DNA from: the human T2T-CHM13v2.0 reference genome, Homo sapiens
Strand: one strand, 5' to 3'
Assembly (NCBI RefSeq): GCF_009914755.1
Contig: NC_060927.1
Length of the DNA: 64,000 bases
Below the pieces are notes generated by a model. It was not told the origin of the DNA. It made no database searches and was given only the letters and a program-made list of their open reading frames with translations. Below, piece by piece: positions 46,119 through 61,706 of this stretch; position 1 is the stretch's first letter; each line of letters begins with the position of its first letter. The position numbers were made by a program, and so were the translations under genes.

Positions 46119-48690
46119 GGGAAATGGCCTTCAATGAAATTCAACATCACCTCATGTTAAAAATTCTCAATAAACTAGGTATTGATGGAACATATCTCAA
46201 AATAATAAGAGCTATTTATGACAAACCCATAGCCAATATCATATTAAATGGGCAAAAGCTGGAAGCATTCCCTTTGAAAACCGGCACAAGACAAGGATGC
46301 CGTCTCTCACTCCTATTCAACATAGTATTGGGAGTTCTGGCCAGGGCAATCAGACAAGAGAAAGAAAGGGTATTCAAATAAAAAGAAAGGAAGTCAAGTT
46401 GTCTTTGTTCGTAGACAACATGATTCTATGTTTAGGAAACCCCATCGTCTTAGCCCAAAACCTCCTGAAGCTGATAAGCAAATTCAGCAGTCTCAGTGTA
46501 CAAAATCAATGTGCAGAAATCACAAGCATTCCTATACACCAATAATAGACAAGCAGAGAGCCAAATCATGAATGAACTCCATTCACAATTGCTACAAAGA
46601 GAATAAACTATGTAGGAACACAGCTAACAAAGGATGTTAAAGACCTCTTCAAGGAGAACTACAAACCATTGCTCAATGAACTAAGAGTACATAAACAAAT
46701 GGAAAAACATTTCATCCTCATGGATAGGAAGAATCAATATTGTGAAAATGGCCATACTGCCCAAATTAATTTATAGATTCAATGCTATTCCCATAAACTA
46801 CTATTGACTTTCTTCACAGAATTAGAAAAATCTACTTTAAATTTAATATGTAACCAAAAAAGAGCCTGCATAGCAAAAACAATCTTAAGCAAAAAGAAGA
46901 AAGCTGTAGGTATCATGCTACCTGACTTCAAACTATACTACAAGGCTATAGTAACCAAAACAGCATGGTATTACTACCAAAAGAGACATATAGACCAATG
47001 ACACAAAACAGAAATCTCAGAAATAACATCATACATCTACAACTATTTGTTCTTTGACAAACCTGAAAAATCAAGAATGGGGAAAAGATTCCCTATCTAA
47101 TAAATGGTGCTGGGAAAACTGGTTAGCCATATGCAGAAAACTGAAACTGGACTCCTTCCTTACACTTTATACAAAGATTAACTCAAGATGGATTAAAGAC
47201 TTGATGGTAAAACCTCAAAAAATAACAATTCTAGAAGAAAATCTAAGCAGTACCATTCAGGAACAAGGCATGGACAAAGACTTCATGACGAAAATGTCAA
47301 AAGCAATTGCAGCCAAAGCCAAAATTGACAAATAGGGTATAATTAAACTAAAGAGCTTTTGCACAGCAAAATAAACTATCATCAGAGTGAACAGGCAACC
47401 TACAGAATGAGAGAACATTTCTGCAATCTATCCATCTGACAAAGGTCTAATATCCAGAATCTACAAGGAATTTAAACAAATTTATAAGAGAAAAGCAAAC
47501 AACCCCATCAAAAAGTGGGCACATAATACGAACAGACACTTCTCAAAAGAAGACATTTATGTGGCCAACAAACGTATGAAAAAAAGCTCAACATCACTGA
47601 TCATTAGAGAAATAAAAATCAAAACCACAATGAGATACCATCTCACACCAGTCAGAAAGGCAATTATTATAAAGTCAAGAAACAATAGATGCTGGTGAGG
47701 CTGTGGAGAAATAGGAATCCTTTTACGCTATTGGTGGGAATATAAATTAGTTCAACCATTGTGGAAGACAGTGTGGCAATGCCTCAAGGATCTGGAACCA
47801 GAAATATCATTTGACCCAGCAATCCCATTACTGGGTGTATACCCAAAGGAATATAAATTATGCAACTATAAAAACCCATGCACAACTAGGTGCAGTGGCT
47901 CACACATTTAATCCCTGCACTTTGGGAGGCCGAGGTAGGTGGATCACCTGAGGTCAGGGGTTCGAGATCAGCCTGACCAACATGGAGAAACCCTGTCTAT
48001 ACTAAAAATACAAAATTAGCCAGGCGTGGTGGCATATGCTTGTAATCCCAGCTAATCCCAGCTACTCAGGAGGCTGAGGCAGGAACATCGCTTGAACCCA
48101 GGAAATGGAGGTTGTGGTGAGCCAAGATCACGTCATTGCACTCCAGCCTAGGCAACAAGAGTGAAACTTCACCTCAAAAAAATAAATAAATAAAGCCCAT
48201 GCACATGTATGTTTATTGCAGCACTATTTACAACAGCAAAGACATGAAACCAACCCAAAAGCCTATCAGTGAGACTGGATAAAGAAAATGTGGCACATAT
48301 ATACCATGGAATACTATGAAGTCATAAAAAAGTATGAGATAATGTCCTTTGCAGGGACATGGATGAAGATGGAAGCCACCATCATCAGCAAACTAACACA
48401 ACTAACACAGGAACAGAAAACCGAATACTGCATGTTCTCACTCATAAGTGGGAGCTGAACAATGAGAACACATGGACACAGGGAGGGGAACAGTACACAC
48501 TGGGGCCAGTCGGGGGTGGAGGGTGAGGGGAGGGAGAGCATTAGGACATATAGCTAGTGCATGCGGGGCTTAAAACCTAGATGACGTGTTGATAGGCTCA
48601 ACAAGCCGCCATGACACACGTATACCTATGTAACAAACCTGCACGTTCTACACATGTATCGCAGCACTTAAAGTAAAATAAAAAAATAAA
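46119..48690 (+). mobile_element. 5'-truncated L1PA7/8-like LINE-1 (ORF2 RT/C-terminal part and 3' UTR)
   Basis: ORF2 peptides ([45 protein letters not shown]; [25 protein letters not shown]), 3' UTR 'gcatgcggggcttaaaacctagatgac', and an exact 13-bp TSD gaaaattctgcaa at 46106 and 48691. Confidence 0.96.
47885..48190 (+). mobile_element. AluSp SINE nested in the L1PA
   Basis: Sp diagnostics 'ctgaccaacatggagaaaccc' and 'caacaagagtg'. TSD aaaacccatgcaca / aaagcccatgcaca. Internal duplication of taatcccagc. Confidence 0.95.
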
Positions 48691-49559
48691 GAAAATTCTG
48701 CAAAAGACCAAATGGCTCAATATACATAAAACAGTTAAAATCTGGCAGATTATAAATTTTTATGTGGTATGAAAAATAATAAATAATAAAGTTTTTATTT
48801 TCTAAAAATAATTGCCTAATGGATGAATGATAAACACACACAGAAAATGTGAATTTGTATGATACAATATGCATAAGTAAATGTAACAACTCATATTGTT
48901 GACCTGAGTATTCCTTGGAAAAATGATAGTACTTTATACCTAGGCTAGCAATTTTAGTATAAATTTTCAAAGCATATTAATAGGACATAAATCTAATAAG
49001 AGGTTAGAGGCTCTCTACATAAACATGAATATATCACATATATATATTCACCTTGATACCTATGACCTATTAATTTGTTATATTTTTATTCTTCAGCTTT
49101 CTATGCCCAATTTTAAATCAATAATAATATCCTTTTTAACCAACTCAGTAATATGAATGATTTTAGTACTTTAAAATTATTTCAAATGTCACCAAGTCTT
49201 GTTGTGATTGTAAAACAGAGACAACTTGCTTTGTGTGTGGGTTTTGGGGAGATAGAAAAGATGGGAATCAATTTTTTGTTTAATGCCTCACAGGGTAAAG
49301 AGAAGGGAATAGTCGTGGAAGGCAATTTGTGAAACGGTAAATTTATAAACACATTGGCATAACTTTTTCAGTTCACTTCTTTGTGATCTTTGTTTTGCAT
49401 GTATTGTCACATTTGGAAAAAAAATCGTTTTCTCTTCTATGAAAATAATAATGATAAGTTTTTTGTGTGTGGTTGTTGTTTTTTGTCTAGCCAAAAAGGA
49501 CACTGAGTAAATTTTCACCAGAGCTAAGTCTATTTAACAAAGTCTAAGGAATTAGAAAA

Positions 49560-49935
49560 TATTTTAGTCCATTCAGACTGCCATAACAAAACATCATACA
49601 CTGGATAGCTTATATACAACAGCAATTTATTTTTCACAATTGAGGAGGCTTTCCAGCAGATTATACTTCCATCTAAGATCAAGCAACGTAGACTGTTGTC
49701 TGATGAGGACCTGCTTTCTGGTTCATAGATGGCAGTCTCATTGCTATGTTCTCACATGGAAGAATGGGGGAGTTCCCTCAGGATTTTTTTTTTAAAGCAT
49801 TAATCCCTTTTAAACAGGCTTTTTCTCCATGAACTCATCACCTCCCGCAACGATTCACCTTCTAATACCAGCACCTTAGTGGTTAGGATGTCAACATATG
49901 AATTTTAGGGGGACACAAACATTCAGACCCTAGCA
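49560..49935 (-). mobile_element. MLT1A/MLT1A0 (ERVL-MaLR) solo LTR
   Basis: 'ttagtccattcagactgccataacaaaacatcatacactgg...caacatatgaattttagggggacacaaacattcagaccctagca'. TSD gaaaa / gaaga. Confidence 0.85.
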
Positions 49936-52900
49936 GAAGAGAATGCAAAGGTGAATTAACCCACAATTGCTAGTGGAGGTGAAGATAGGAGAGATTATAC
50001 TGATATTTAATTAAGTCTGCCATCATAATTAAGAAACAACAACATTCTTCATGTATTTGAGTGTTCACTGAAAATCTGTCTCCATCACATTATTATTTTT
50101 CTGTTTTTGATCAGTTATTAAACTTATCATGGAATGCATATTTCTTTATGCAATAAATCTCAATCATTAATTGTTCTGTCGTAATTTTGAGCATGGGGTA
50201 AGAACATAGAGTGAACTAGTATAAACTTAGGCTAGGCTTTGTGAAGACTTCATGTAGTTTAAAGTGGAACAGTTAATTTAACTTGATTATTAAGTTATTC
50301 GAAGCCACTTGTTTATTTGTTTTGTTTTGCTTTTAATGAGGAATTGATAATTCAGGCATATTAAGACAATAAACTAGTTTCAACATTTTCTCCAAATCAC
50401 CTTTGCACTCCCTCATCCTTGACTGCCAGTCTTGCTAACTGATTAGCAAATAGTAGTAAATGATTTTCAAAGTAACCAGTTCAAAGGGTATTTTGGCCCT
50501 TAAATTTACACGTGCTTTTTAGTGTTGGCAAGCATGATTTATTCAAAGGTCAATGGAGGAATTATTGGATCTAACTTTTTTTCTTCATTAGGATAATATG
50601 AAGGACTTCTGTTCTTTAAATAAATTTACTCTTCCACTTTTAGTGAAAAAATATTATTATCCTTGACAGTGGGTCATTTTTCTACTTCTTTTTCTTTTTT
50701 CAAATAGTTATGATATTGTAATATTGAATAGTTGTATCCTTGTGGAAATCTGACTTTGATAACATTTGAAATAAATATTGTGAATTTTATTTCTTGCAGG
50801 TGCATGCAATAACAGCATAGCCATGTGCTGAAGTATGGTCTGAAAGTTAAGTGTTAGAATTTGTGTGTTTAAACAAGTTTCAAGAATCATTTTATTTGAG
50901 AACATTTATTGCTCAAACGTAAACTATTGCTGAGGTGGTACTTACAAAGCTTATTGGGCTTCCATCTTGAGTAAGGTAAACATTTTTCCTTTTAAGAAAG
51001 CCAGCTAGTAGTTATTCTTTGAAATTTTTCTTTAGGTATAAAGTTGCTTTAAAAAAAATTCCAAAAACTTTAGCCCAGGTCATCTGACTAACGCATTCTC
51101 AAAACATTAAAGATTAAAATATTTGAAGTTTTGTGACTTGAAAAATATAAGATATGGCAAGAACATGGGCCCTTAATCTTTTTAATCTGTCCACACTATT
51201 TATTTATAAAACCTAAATCCTTGTAACTTCAAACTGATTTTGTTCAAATGTAACATTTTTATTACTAGTGAATACATGTTACAATAATTGTATCGTGCAT
51301 TTACTTCAAAATTATAAAATATATCTAATATGAAAACCTTATTATGGGGGAATTAATTAGAAAAAATGGTATAATACAAAATTATATTTTCAAGACACAC
51401 TGAACCTAAACTTAAGCATGGTCCTAGACCACAGCTAGGTAGGTATTTCCATAGAGCTCAGCGTTACACAAGCTAGGAATTTGTTCAACATTGTATGGGA
51501 AATAGCAGCAGCTGGCAAAAACTTTGGAGTTTGTTTATTTAATCTGCTTTCTGGCAGGTAAGTATTTGGAAATAGAAATTTGTGAAGGATAGTTTTTTAA
51601 AATGCTGATATTCAAATTTTATTGTATCATCGCATAAATTGCAATAGATCACACATGATTTAACCAGAAGGGCTCAGCTTGGCTTATAATAAATAAGTCA
51701 CTTAAAATAACCCACTCATTATATCTCAAATTATAACCCTCTCATATAAAAATATTTTAAATAAAGATTAATAATATATAGTATGTGATATGATAAATGA
51801 TAGTATCTCTTTGGGTCTCTTGGCATATTAATGAGTTACCTCATCGTTATTTACACCCGGAGGACAAAAGGATGGCACTGTTGCTCTGCCAAGAGAAGCA
51901 GAATCCCATCCCTGGTTATATATTATGTCACAGAACATTTGGTAATACACAGAGCACTGGTATATCAGAAACATTTCCCAAGCAGATGGAGTACATAATT
52001 ATAATTTTTGTGAGTAATGTCTGATAATCAAAAGGCATATTAAGCAATCAAATACAGCTCTGAGATGCCCATATTTGCTGAAACTAGCCCACAACTTATC
52101 TAAACAAGAAATGGAAAACATCTACTGTATTATGATACCAAATATACAGCCTGAAAATTACAGATCGTCATGATGAGCAGAATAGCAAACTCTGAAGGAC
52201 CTGACCAGCAATATGTCTGATGGCTGAAAATCAATTACTTTCAGAAAGTATACTTAAGGAACCACATGGATTATAAACAGCTGAAATTTTAAAATCTAGA
52301 CAGTGAGTTGGATATATGTCATATTTGTCAGAGAAGATCAAACTAAGGTGACACATGTTTGATCACTCAAGTGGATTGAAATATTTTCTTAATAATGAAT
52401 ATTGAGATAATAATCTGAACAAATTTTCATCGTATTTCCTTACCCATTTCTCACCAATCACTTCCTTAAGACTAGTTAACTAAATAACTATTTGTTTATA
52501 ATATGTAATATTATATCATATCATATTATATAATGTGCGTGTGTGCTCTTAGATAAATATTTCCAAGTTCAGAATATTTAGAAATTTTTTATTGTGTTTT
52601 TAAATATGTAAACTTCGGAGTTTTTTTCTCCATTTAAATCAAGGTTCTATTATTTATCAATAAATCTGTTTTTACCAATTTATGCATCTTATTTTTTAGT
52701 TCCATACATTATGATTATTTGATATATTTATTTCTTTGTCCATTAATTAATTCCACAAAGATTATCTGAATAACAAGTAGGGCTCTATTTTAGTTTCCTT
52801 TTTCTATTTTATATTTCCACAGGGTGAAATCTATATTTTAGTTTTCTTTATTTAACTACTAAAGTACTGGTCATATAGTAAGAGTTCAAAACATATCTAA

Positions 52901-53031
52901 ACTTGATAGAAGAAAGTCTTAAAAATAATGTGTTCATTAAACCAAGTTATTTTAAAGTCAGAGATACATATAGTAACTCCATCACCGTGCCTTGGAGAGT
53001 ATACTTCATCCCTTTTTTACATAACCCATCA

Positions 53032-53271
<240 letters not shown>

Positions 53272-56200
53272 TCATTGTTAGATTAAAAAGAATATTGTTT
53301 TCTAACACTGTTCACAAGAGCTTTAAAGAATTTAAGACAGAAAAAATGTGGATGTATATTGATGATATGAAACGTATGTGAACTGGGCTTAGTGGTTTGA
53401 GCACTGAGAACCACTATGTTATTTAAAATTGTAAGAATTGAAATTTAAAGTTGAATTTTTTATATGCATTTCTGCTTAACATATTGGAAGAAGAAATTTT
53501 TTATTTCAATAAAATATATCTTCATTCACACTTAAACGTGCTCAAAGGGTGGTGTTACTTTTGTTTCATTATCTTCCCTTATCCTAGGCCCAAAAATTTC
53601 ACAATAAGGAATCATATCACTTACTCATCTTTTGCATCTATTTCATTCTATATACTCTTATTAATACTGCTTGAGTTTAAGACCAAGTTTAATTACAAAT
53701 CTTATTATGTAATAATCTCATTACTCCAGGAAACTTCTTTCAGTCCCACTTTTAAGTTTAGCTAACATCTCATAGATCTGTTTACTAATTAAAAATCTTT
53801 CAATAATTCTTAAGTGGTTTCATATTAAGGTTAATGAACATGGTACCACCCACATTTCCAAATTTATTTTCAGATATTCTTTTTATACACCCAGCCAATA
53901 GGAGTTAGGGAATTAGATAGAGTTCCCCAGTAAATCCCTCCTTTTTTCATTTCTTCTCTTTGCTCTAGCTGTTACTTTTGCTTGGAATTCTTTTATTTTC
54001 CAATTTTATGTGTCTAAACTCATTCAAAACTTTCATATTATCTTTTTATGATATTTCCCATGCTTATAGTTGTTATTTGAAAATGAATAACTGTCGACTC
54101 TATCTTTTCAATATCTACAGTGTTGAGCTCATTTATACCTTTATAGCACTCAATAATATATTAATGCCAAGGTCACACAAACAGGAACTCAGAGATTTTT
54201 AAAAGTGGCTCTACACAGTCACTACATCTGTAGATTTCCTTATAATATATCTTTATGTTATTAGTATGAGTTAGACACAGATCTAGCCTCTAGAAATATA
54301 AATATGAAACACAAAGTTTTCCTCAGGGAATTTATAAGCAAGAAAACCCAGGGAAACAAAGAACTACAACATAAGATAGCATAAACCGAGTCTAAAAAAA
54401 GGGCCACAAATTGTTCAGAAGAAGGAGCAGTCATTACATGCTTGAAAGGAAATTACCTGATGGAATGGGAATCTGGCTGAAAGAGAGGAAATAAGGACCT
54501 GAGCTAGAAAGGAAAGTCGGGAAAGCTAGAAAAAGGGATAGAATTAACATAGACATTAATGATTAATCTACTTCTTAGTTCAAATAATGACGAAAAAACT
54601 AGTTTTGTTGAATTCTAGGATAGAAGGAGATACAATTGAATATATGGACTTAGGATATTAGTGTTGTCACATTAAGGTCTAACAGCCCTGGAAAATTGTT
54701 TGAAATCGAACTTGTAGGCACTTACTACTCTTGAGGAACTTTTGACTAAATGGCTAGTGTGAGCATAATATTTTAGAAATATTGATCTGAAGGTGGTATT
54801 TAGAATAATCAAGAAACTATAAAGTTTTTCAGCCTTTTCTAACATAAACAAAAGATTAAAGTGACAAAGATAAGTAATTCATTCCTTGCTCTTATTCTAC
54901 CTTATGCTAAATCATATTAAGAAAAACTCTGGTTGAAATTTTCTAAAAGTTCAACACAAAAAATCCTTCATCATTCAGATACCTTCTGTATATTATTAAT
55001 AGATAGAAATTTTGGAGTAGTATGAGCCGATCTAAGTTTGTTTTGTTTTGTTTTGTTTGGCCAAAGTCTCTAAGTCCAGTAGAATTTGGAAGAAGTAAAC
55101 ATTCATCCAGTATGGTTATCAAGAGGCAGATTTTTGCCATCAAGAACTTATATTGAATATGCACCATAAATTCATATTTTATCATAGATGCAGACATGTT
55201 CAACCATGAATTCAGGAGCTTTAGAGACAAACAGTTTCTTGATGTACTAGTTTATTTTATGGAGGAATTGGATAATTTAATAAGAATTATTAATAATCAG
55301 AGCTATTCAAGCTAAACCAATATCATAGCAAGATTGAAACCTCCTGCTTTAGGGTATTATTTGAGAGAGGTCAAGGAGAAAATTTCTCCAGATCACAGAT
55401 GGCACAATTGTCTAGGTAAATTATGTAGTCTTTTTTCTTTCTTTTAAAGCTGTAGAAACTAACAAGTACAGCTGCTGGAGGCTGGATATTAAACCAGGAG
55501 AACCGATGGTCTGATTCAGTACAGCAATTCTTATGTTCCTAAATTGTCCAGTTTTCTTCTAATTCTGCTCTACTTTACTTATGGCACCATTTTAACTGCG
55601 CATTCATTTCTGTCTTCTGTGAATGGCAACGTAAACAGAGCTGACTCGTAGTTGAGTTCAAGAGCAAAGCACTAATGACACTGCCAGTGAGTGTTCATTT
55701 AACAAACTTTGTCCTATGAAATAACTCATGACATACCAAATTGTAATTTAGAGATAATAAGATTCCTTTGCCTATAGATGCAGCTATTTCAAAAGATTGA
55801 AATAGCTATTGAAGTGATGCAGTATTTTATTCTATAATTTGAAGAAATCTCCAAAGACTTACAAAATAACAAGAGAGACAATTCTGTCTGTATCAATTAA
55901 AAGCTTTGTGAAATACAACATATTTCCACCATGCACAATTCCAAAACACTACATATTTTTTATTTCAAAATTATAACATAAATTTAAACATCTTGACTTT
56001 GCTATTTCTCAAAGAATTTTTTGTTCTCGTCACAAAATAAATACTTCAAAATAGTAATAACTAAAACTTTCCATGAAGTTGTATGTGTTCTATTCTTAGT
56101 ATCAGGTTCTTTTTCTACTTTGTGGTATACCAAAATGCTCTACAGATCACCCATTAGAATTTTCTTCATATGTAGGTTTGAAAGGTTTTAAGACACAGCT

Positions 56201-57039
56201 AACTTAACAACAAAAAAAAGCAGAGTATCTTTTTTTTTTACATCTGTGTTACAGAAAATTACTTGCTTGTCATTGATATTTCAGCACATAGTTGATAACT
56301 CATTTTATGAACAGATTAAAGAAAAAGACATCAATTGATTCAGGATGCCCTGATATGAAGAAAAATTATGCATCTAGCTTCAAAAATAAAGTATTCTTGG
56401 AATTATAGAATCCTAGTGCTGCCTACCTAAGCCTAAAACGAGAATTAAAATTATCCTTAGGAATTCAGAGACAGTTATTTCTAAGTAAGCTATAGTAATT
56501 TTTGAGAGAATATATTTTAATTAGCTTTAAAATCTAGTAAAATGAAGCTACAGTTAATAGTTACATATTAAAAGTCTAGATGAAATCTTTCACTGTCATA
56601 AGAGGTTTGAGGAAAATATATTGAATAAATTTTAAAATGTTAAAATATTTATAGATTCCATTCCATGTCACTTAAATGATATTCTATTGTAAAATAAGGA
56701 ATAGAAGGGCTATAAGAAGACCTAAATTTAGAAAACAGATTCATTCCTTCATTCAACCATATTTATAAAGTGTGTACTAGATCAGGTATTATTTGAGTGG
56801 TAAGAGATTCAACAAATACAAAATAGAAATTCCTTTATCTTGCCATTTTTATTTGATGAGAAAGACAATAAATAAGATCAGTAAAGAAATGATGTAATAT
56901 GTTAGATGATACTAGGTGCTAGTGATAATAAAATGAGGACTGGGGATAAATAGAAATGGCGGGTGAGTAAGTATCAGTGTGTGTGTGAGGGGGGGATGGT
57001 GAGGGAGTCCATAATAAAACATGTGATTGTCCTTTGTCT

Positions 57040-57600
57040 CTCCCTGCCAGAAAGACTGTCCATGTGATTAGAGAGTTGAGACTTTTAGCCATGTGATATC
57101 ATACTGACCTCCATGGAGGGGAAGGAGCTGAAGATTGATTTTAACCATGCGAACAATGATTCAATCGATCATGCCTAAATATAGTAATAAAATCCCAATA
57201 AAAACTAGAGATACAGGTGAGCTTCTTAGATTGGCAATACTCCATAAGTACACCGGCACAATAGATGTCCTGAAGATAATAGATCTCTGAGGACAGAGAA
57301 GTTTTGCATTTGGAACATTCTAAGTCCAAGATGCTCTATGTGTCTCATTCCTCAGCTGGTTCTAATTTGTAACTTTTTGCTATAAGAAAACTGTCATTGT
57401 AATTACAGGGCTTTTCTGAGTTCTATGAATAGCTCTTCTGAGTTATAAAATCTGACAGAGTCCACAGGGACTCCATATTTGTAAACAGCTAGTCTGAAGT
57501 GAGGGTAGCCATAAGGACCCTAAACTTACGACTGGTGTGAGAAATCTTGGACCAATTTCGAAGACTGGAAGATTAAACTTGACTTTCTCTAACTCTGGGT
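57040..57600 (+). mobile_element. MER77/MER21C-like LTR fragment
   Basis: 'ccagaaagactgtccatgtgattagagagttg...tgattcaatcgatcatgcct...ttctgagttctatgaatagctcttctgagttata...ctgaagtgagggtagcc'. Confidence 0.7.
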
Positions 57601-57933
57601 AAGGGAGCTTTGTAATATTTAATAGAAAATGAAGTGAAGACTTGAGGAGAGAAGGGATGAGCCAAATAGTTGTTTGGGGAAATAGTATTTCAGTAGAAGG
57701 GATGGAAAACAAAGATCATGAGAAAAACACGTGCTTAGAGTTTTCCAAGGAAAGCAAAGGGGACAGTGTGACTAGAGTGGAGGGAGCAAGGGAATGAGTG
57801 TAGGAGGTGAGGTTGGAGAGGGGACAGTAAGTTCACATTATTTAGTGCCATGTATGTCTTTGAAAGCATTTTGTGCCTACTCAGAGTAAGAGAGGGAAGA
57901 ATTGGAGGGTTTGCACAAAGAAAGAACAAGACT

Positions 57934-58290
<357 letters not shown>

Positions 58291-58587
58291 CTACAGATGG
58301 TTCAAGGTGACCAATTAGGAGGCTACTAAAATAATTTAGGTGAGAAGTGTTGGTTGCTTGAACTAGAGACGTAGTGGCAGAAATTGAAATAATTAGTCAG
58401 ATCTTACATGTATTTTGTAGGTAGAGCCATTACTTGGCAGATAGATTAGATATAAAGAGGAAAGGAGCAGGCAAGGTTGATTCCAAAGATTCTGGCCTGA
58501 GAAACTGGAAGAATGAATGTAGTTGACATTGCTGAGATAGGAAAGACTGCAAGAAGAGCACGTTTGGAATGCAATATCAAGAGTTCA

Positions 58588-58918
<331 letters not shown>

Positions 58919-59867
58919 TCACATGTTAAGTTCACGTGTTAAATTTTACATCCAAATGGAGATGGTAAGTACGCAGCTGGAAATTTGTAGTTACTCTTGA
59001 TTTTACTGATAGAATCTCTGCCTTTCAATTAGATCCACCAGTTCTTACTTAACATGCATTTTTTTATTGGAATGACCTTGCCTAGAATGTGACACACATT
59101 CCATGATTAAAAGTGAAAAAATAACAAAAGTTAGAATAGCTTTGTACTGAATAGGAGATTAGACAATATTACTTCAAGGAAACTTCAAATTCATTTAAAG
59201 GGCATAATATTACTTTTGATAAAAAAAATCTAAGTAACGGAAAATTTTCTTTTAGGAAAAATTACCCGGAAAAGAGTTAACCGAAACAATTTAAGAATAA
59301 AAAATCTTTGATTATAAAATACTTCTGATTATATGCTAATAAAATAAAGTGCTTCCATGAGAAATACTTGAGGGCTGAATTGCGACATCATAAAACTCAA
59401 ATACTAGAAAACATGAATGGGATATTTTTACTTAGTAATGATTAGTAAAATAATTGGGAGAAAAGAATTATTGAAAAACAAGATGCCATTATAAGTGGAA
59501 GGTAGCAAACGTATCTTTATTGTTACCTCTCTAATATTAATATAGATTTGAAATTATTTTGGTCAAAGGTTTTCACCAATTAACTAAGAATCTCAAATCG
59601 ATTACTAAGATAAAATAGATTAATTTGTATGTATCACCATTTTAATGGTTACAAATTCAGTGTTCTTAGATGCTCACTTTGAAAAATTCATTAAACATGA
59701 TATGGGTTCAATTCTGTATGTATGTGTATTGCAATAAAAACTGATTTAAAATGTTTGTTGTGCTGATATCTTCCTCCAAAAACTGCTATCATTGCTGTCT
59801 GGGCAACTTAAAGTTGTACATTTGGTTGTTTCATCTTACTTTTCCTATAAACAATGTCTTTTATTGA

Positions 59868-60092
59868 TTTGCAAATACTTTTTCTCATTCTGGAGGTTGT
59901 CCCTTTTCTCTGTTAATTGTTTCTTTTGCTGTGAAGAAGATTTTTTTAGTTTAATACAGTTCCATTTGTCTAAATTTGGTTTTGTTACCTGTGCTTTTAC
60001 AGTCTTAGCCATAACATCTTTGCCTACATCAATGTTCTAAAGTGTTTTCCATATGTTTTCTTCTAGTAATTTTATGGCTTTAGGTCTTAAGC
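59868..60092 (-). mobile_element. L1 ORF2 3' fragment, antisense
   Basis: 'tttgcaaatactttttctcattctggaggttgtc...gttttcttctagtaattttatggctttaggtctta'. Confidence 0.85.
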
Positions 60093-60703
60093 TTTTTAAT
60101 GTAATGTTCTCCCAGCTACACTAACAATGTTACTCAATTTACAAATTTCAATACAGCTATAATATTATAAAATACACATAATGCACTATACCAATTCATA
60201 GGATATACAATGCCTATATTTCCCCAAAGCATAGCTCCTTGTCCTATTCTCCTCCTACCATCTCTTCAGACAGATCTTCCTTGGGAACCAAACTGAAGTA
60301 GTCAGTGTTTATCACCTCATATTTTTCTATGTACTTTAGCTGTCCTTTTTCCTTTTTTCTCATGAGAGGGTAAGTCTCATTCAAACTATCATTTGATTGC
60401 TTTGTTCACAGCCTGAAATTGTGCCTGACTCATAGTGTGCAGGCAAGAAATATGAGTAAAATAAGTAAGAAACATCACAACTGATGTGTGGTTACCTCTT
60501 CGTCCTTCACAGTAAATGTTCACATTTAAAAACTACTACCACATGGAAAATAGTTCACAAATGACAATTTCCGTATTTTTAAGAAAAACAGTATTCCAAA
60601 CCAAGTAATGTGAAATTCTGCTTCCAGTAACTATTTGTTGTGGCAATCAGACACCCTGGGACAACTTTTCAGTGTCTCACGTGCAAACCATTTTTTACCA
60701 TGT

Positions 60704-61035
<332 letters not shown>

Positions 61036-61289
61036 CTATATACCCAAATAAAATGAGTTTAATATCCACTGAATTTTATTACAGCAATTTAATATTAATC
61101 CGTGAATGCATTACTAGTAATTTAATCACACTGGCTCCATTTTAATCCACAAGGCAATGTCCTAGGTAATTTGTTAGTTTTATAAAACCTTTTCTTTCAT
61201 GGTTTTCTACAAGCTTCTAAGATGAATCTTTAAAGATAAAAGAAAAATGTAAGTATTTTTTCTTTGCATACTCACACATATACACAAGC

Positions 61290-61665
61290 TGTCATAGTCT
61301 GCTTGGGATTATATAACAGAATATCATACATTGGATAGCTTACAGACAACAGAAATTGATGTTTCATATTCTGGAAGCTGGGAAATTCAAAATCAAGGCA
61401 TTGGCAACTTTGGTGTCTGATGAGAGGGCTTACTTCTTGGTTCATAGACAGCAGTCTTTTTGCTGTGTCCTCACATAGTAGAAGGGAGAAGGGAGCTATT
61501 TGAGGTCTCTGATATAAGAGCACTAATCTCACTCATGAGGGCTCTACGCTCATCACCTAATCACTTTCCCAAGGCCCAACCTCCTAATACCTAATACCAT
61601 CACATTGGGAGTTAGTATTTCAACATATGAATTTGGAAGCACACAAGCTTTCAGCCTATAGAGCA
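61290..61665 (-). mobile_element. MLT1A0 (ERVL-MaLR) solo LTR
   Basis: 'tgtcatagtctgcttggg...cactaatctcactcatgagggctctacgctcatcacctaatcac...tttcaacatatgaatttgg', homologous to 49560-49935. Confidence 0.87.
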
Positions 61666-61673
61666 GACAAACA

Positions 61674-61706
61674 TGTGTGTGTGCATGTGTGTGTGTGTCT
61701 GTGTGT
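61674..61706. repeat. Imperfect (TG)n microsatellite
   Basis: Read directly from the sequence. Confidence 0.8.

Noticed and set aside
51839-51911. Minus-strand exon-like segment of about 72 nt (GWDSASLGRATVPSFCPPGVNNDE) ending at GAG|GTAACT
   Set aside because: The acceptor lacks a polypyrimidine tract, the peptide matches nothing I recognise, and no partner exons are visible.
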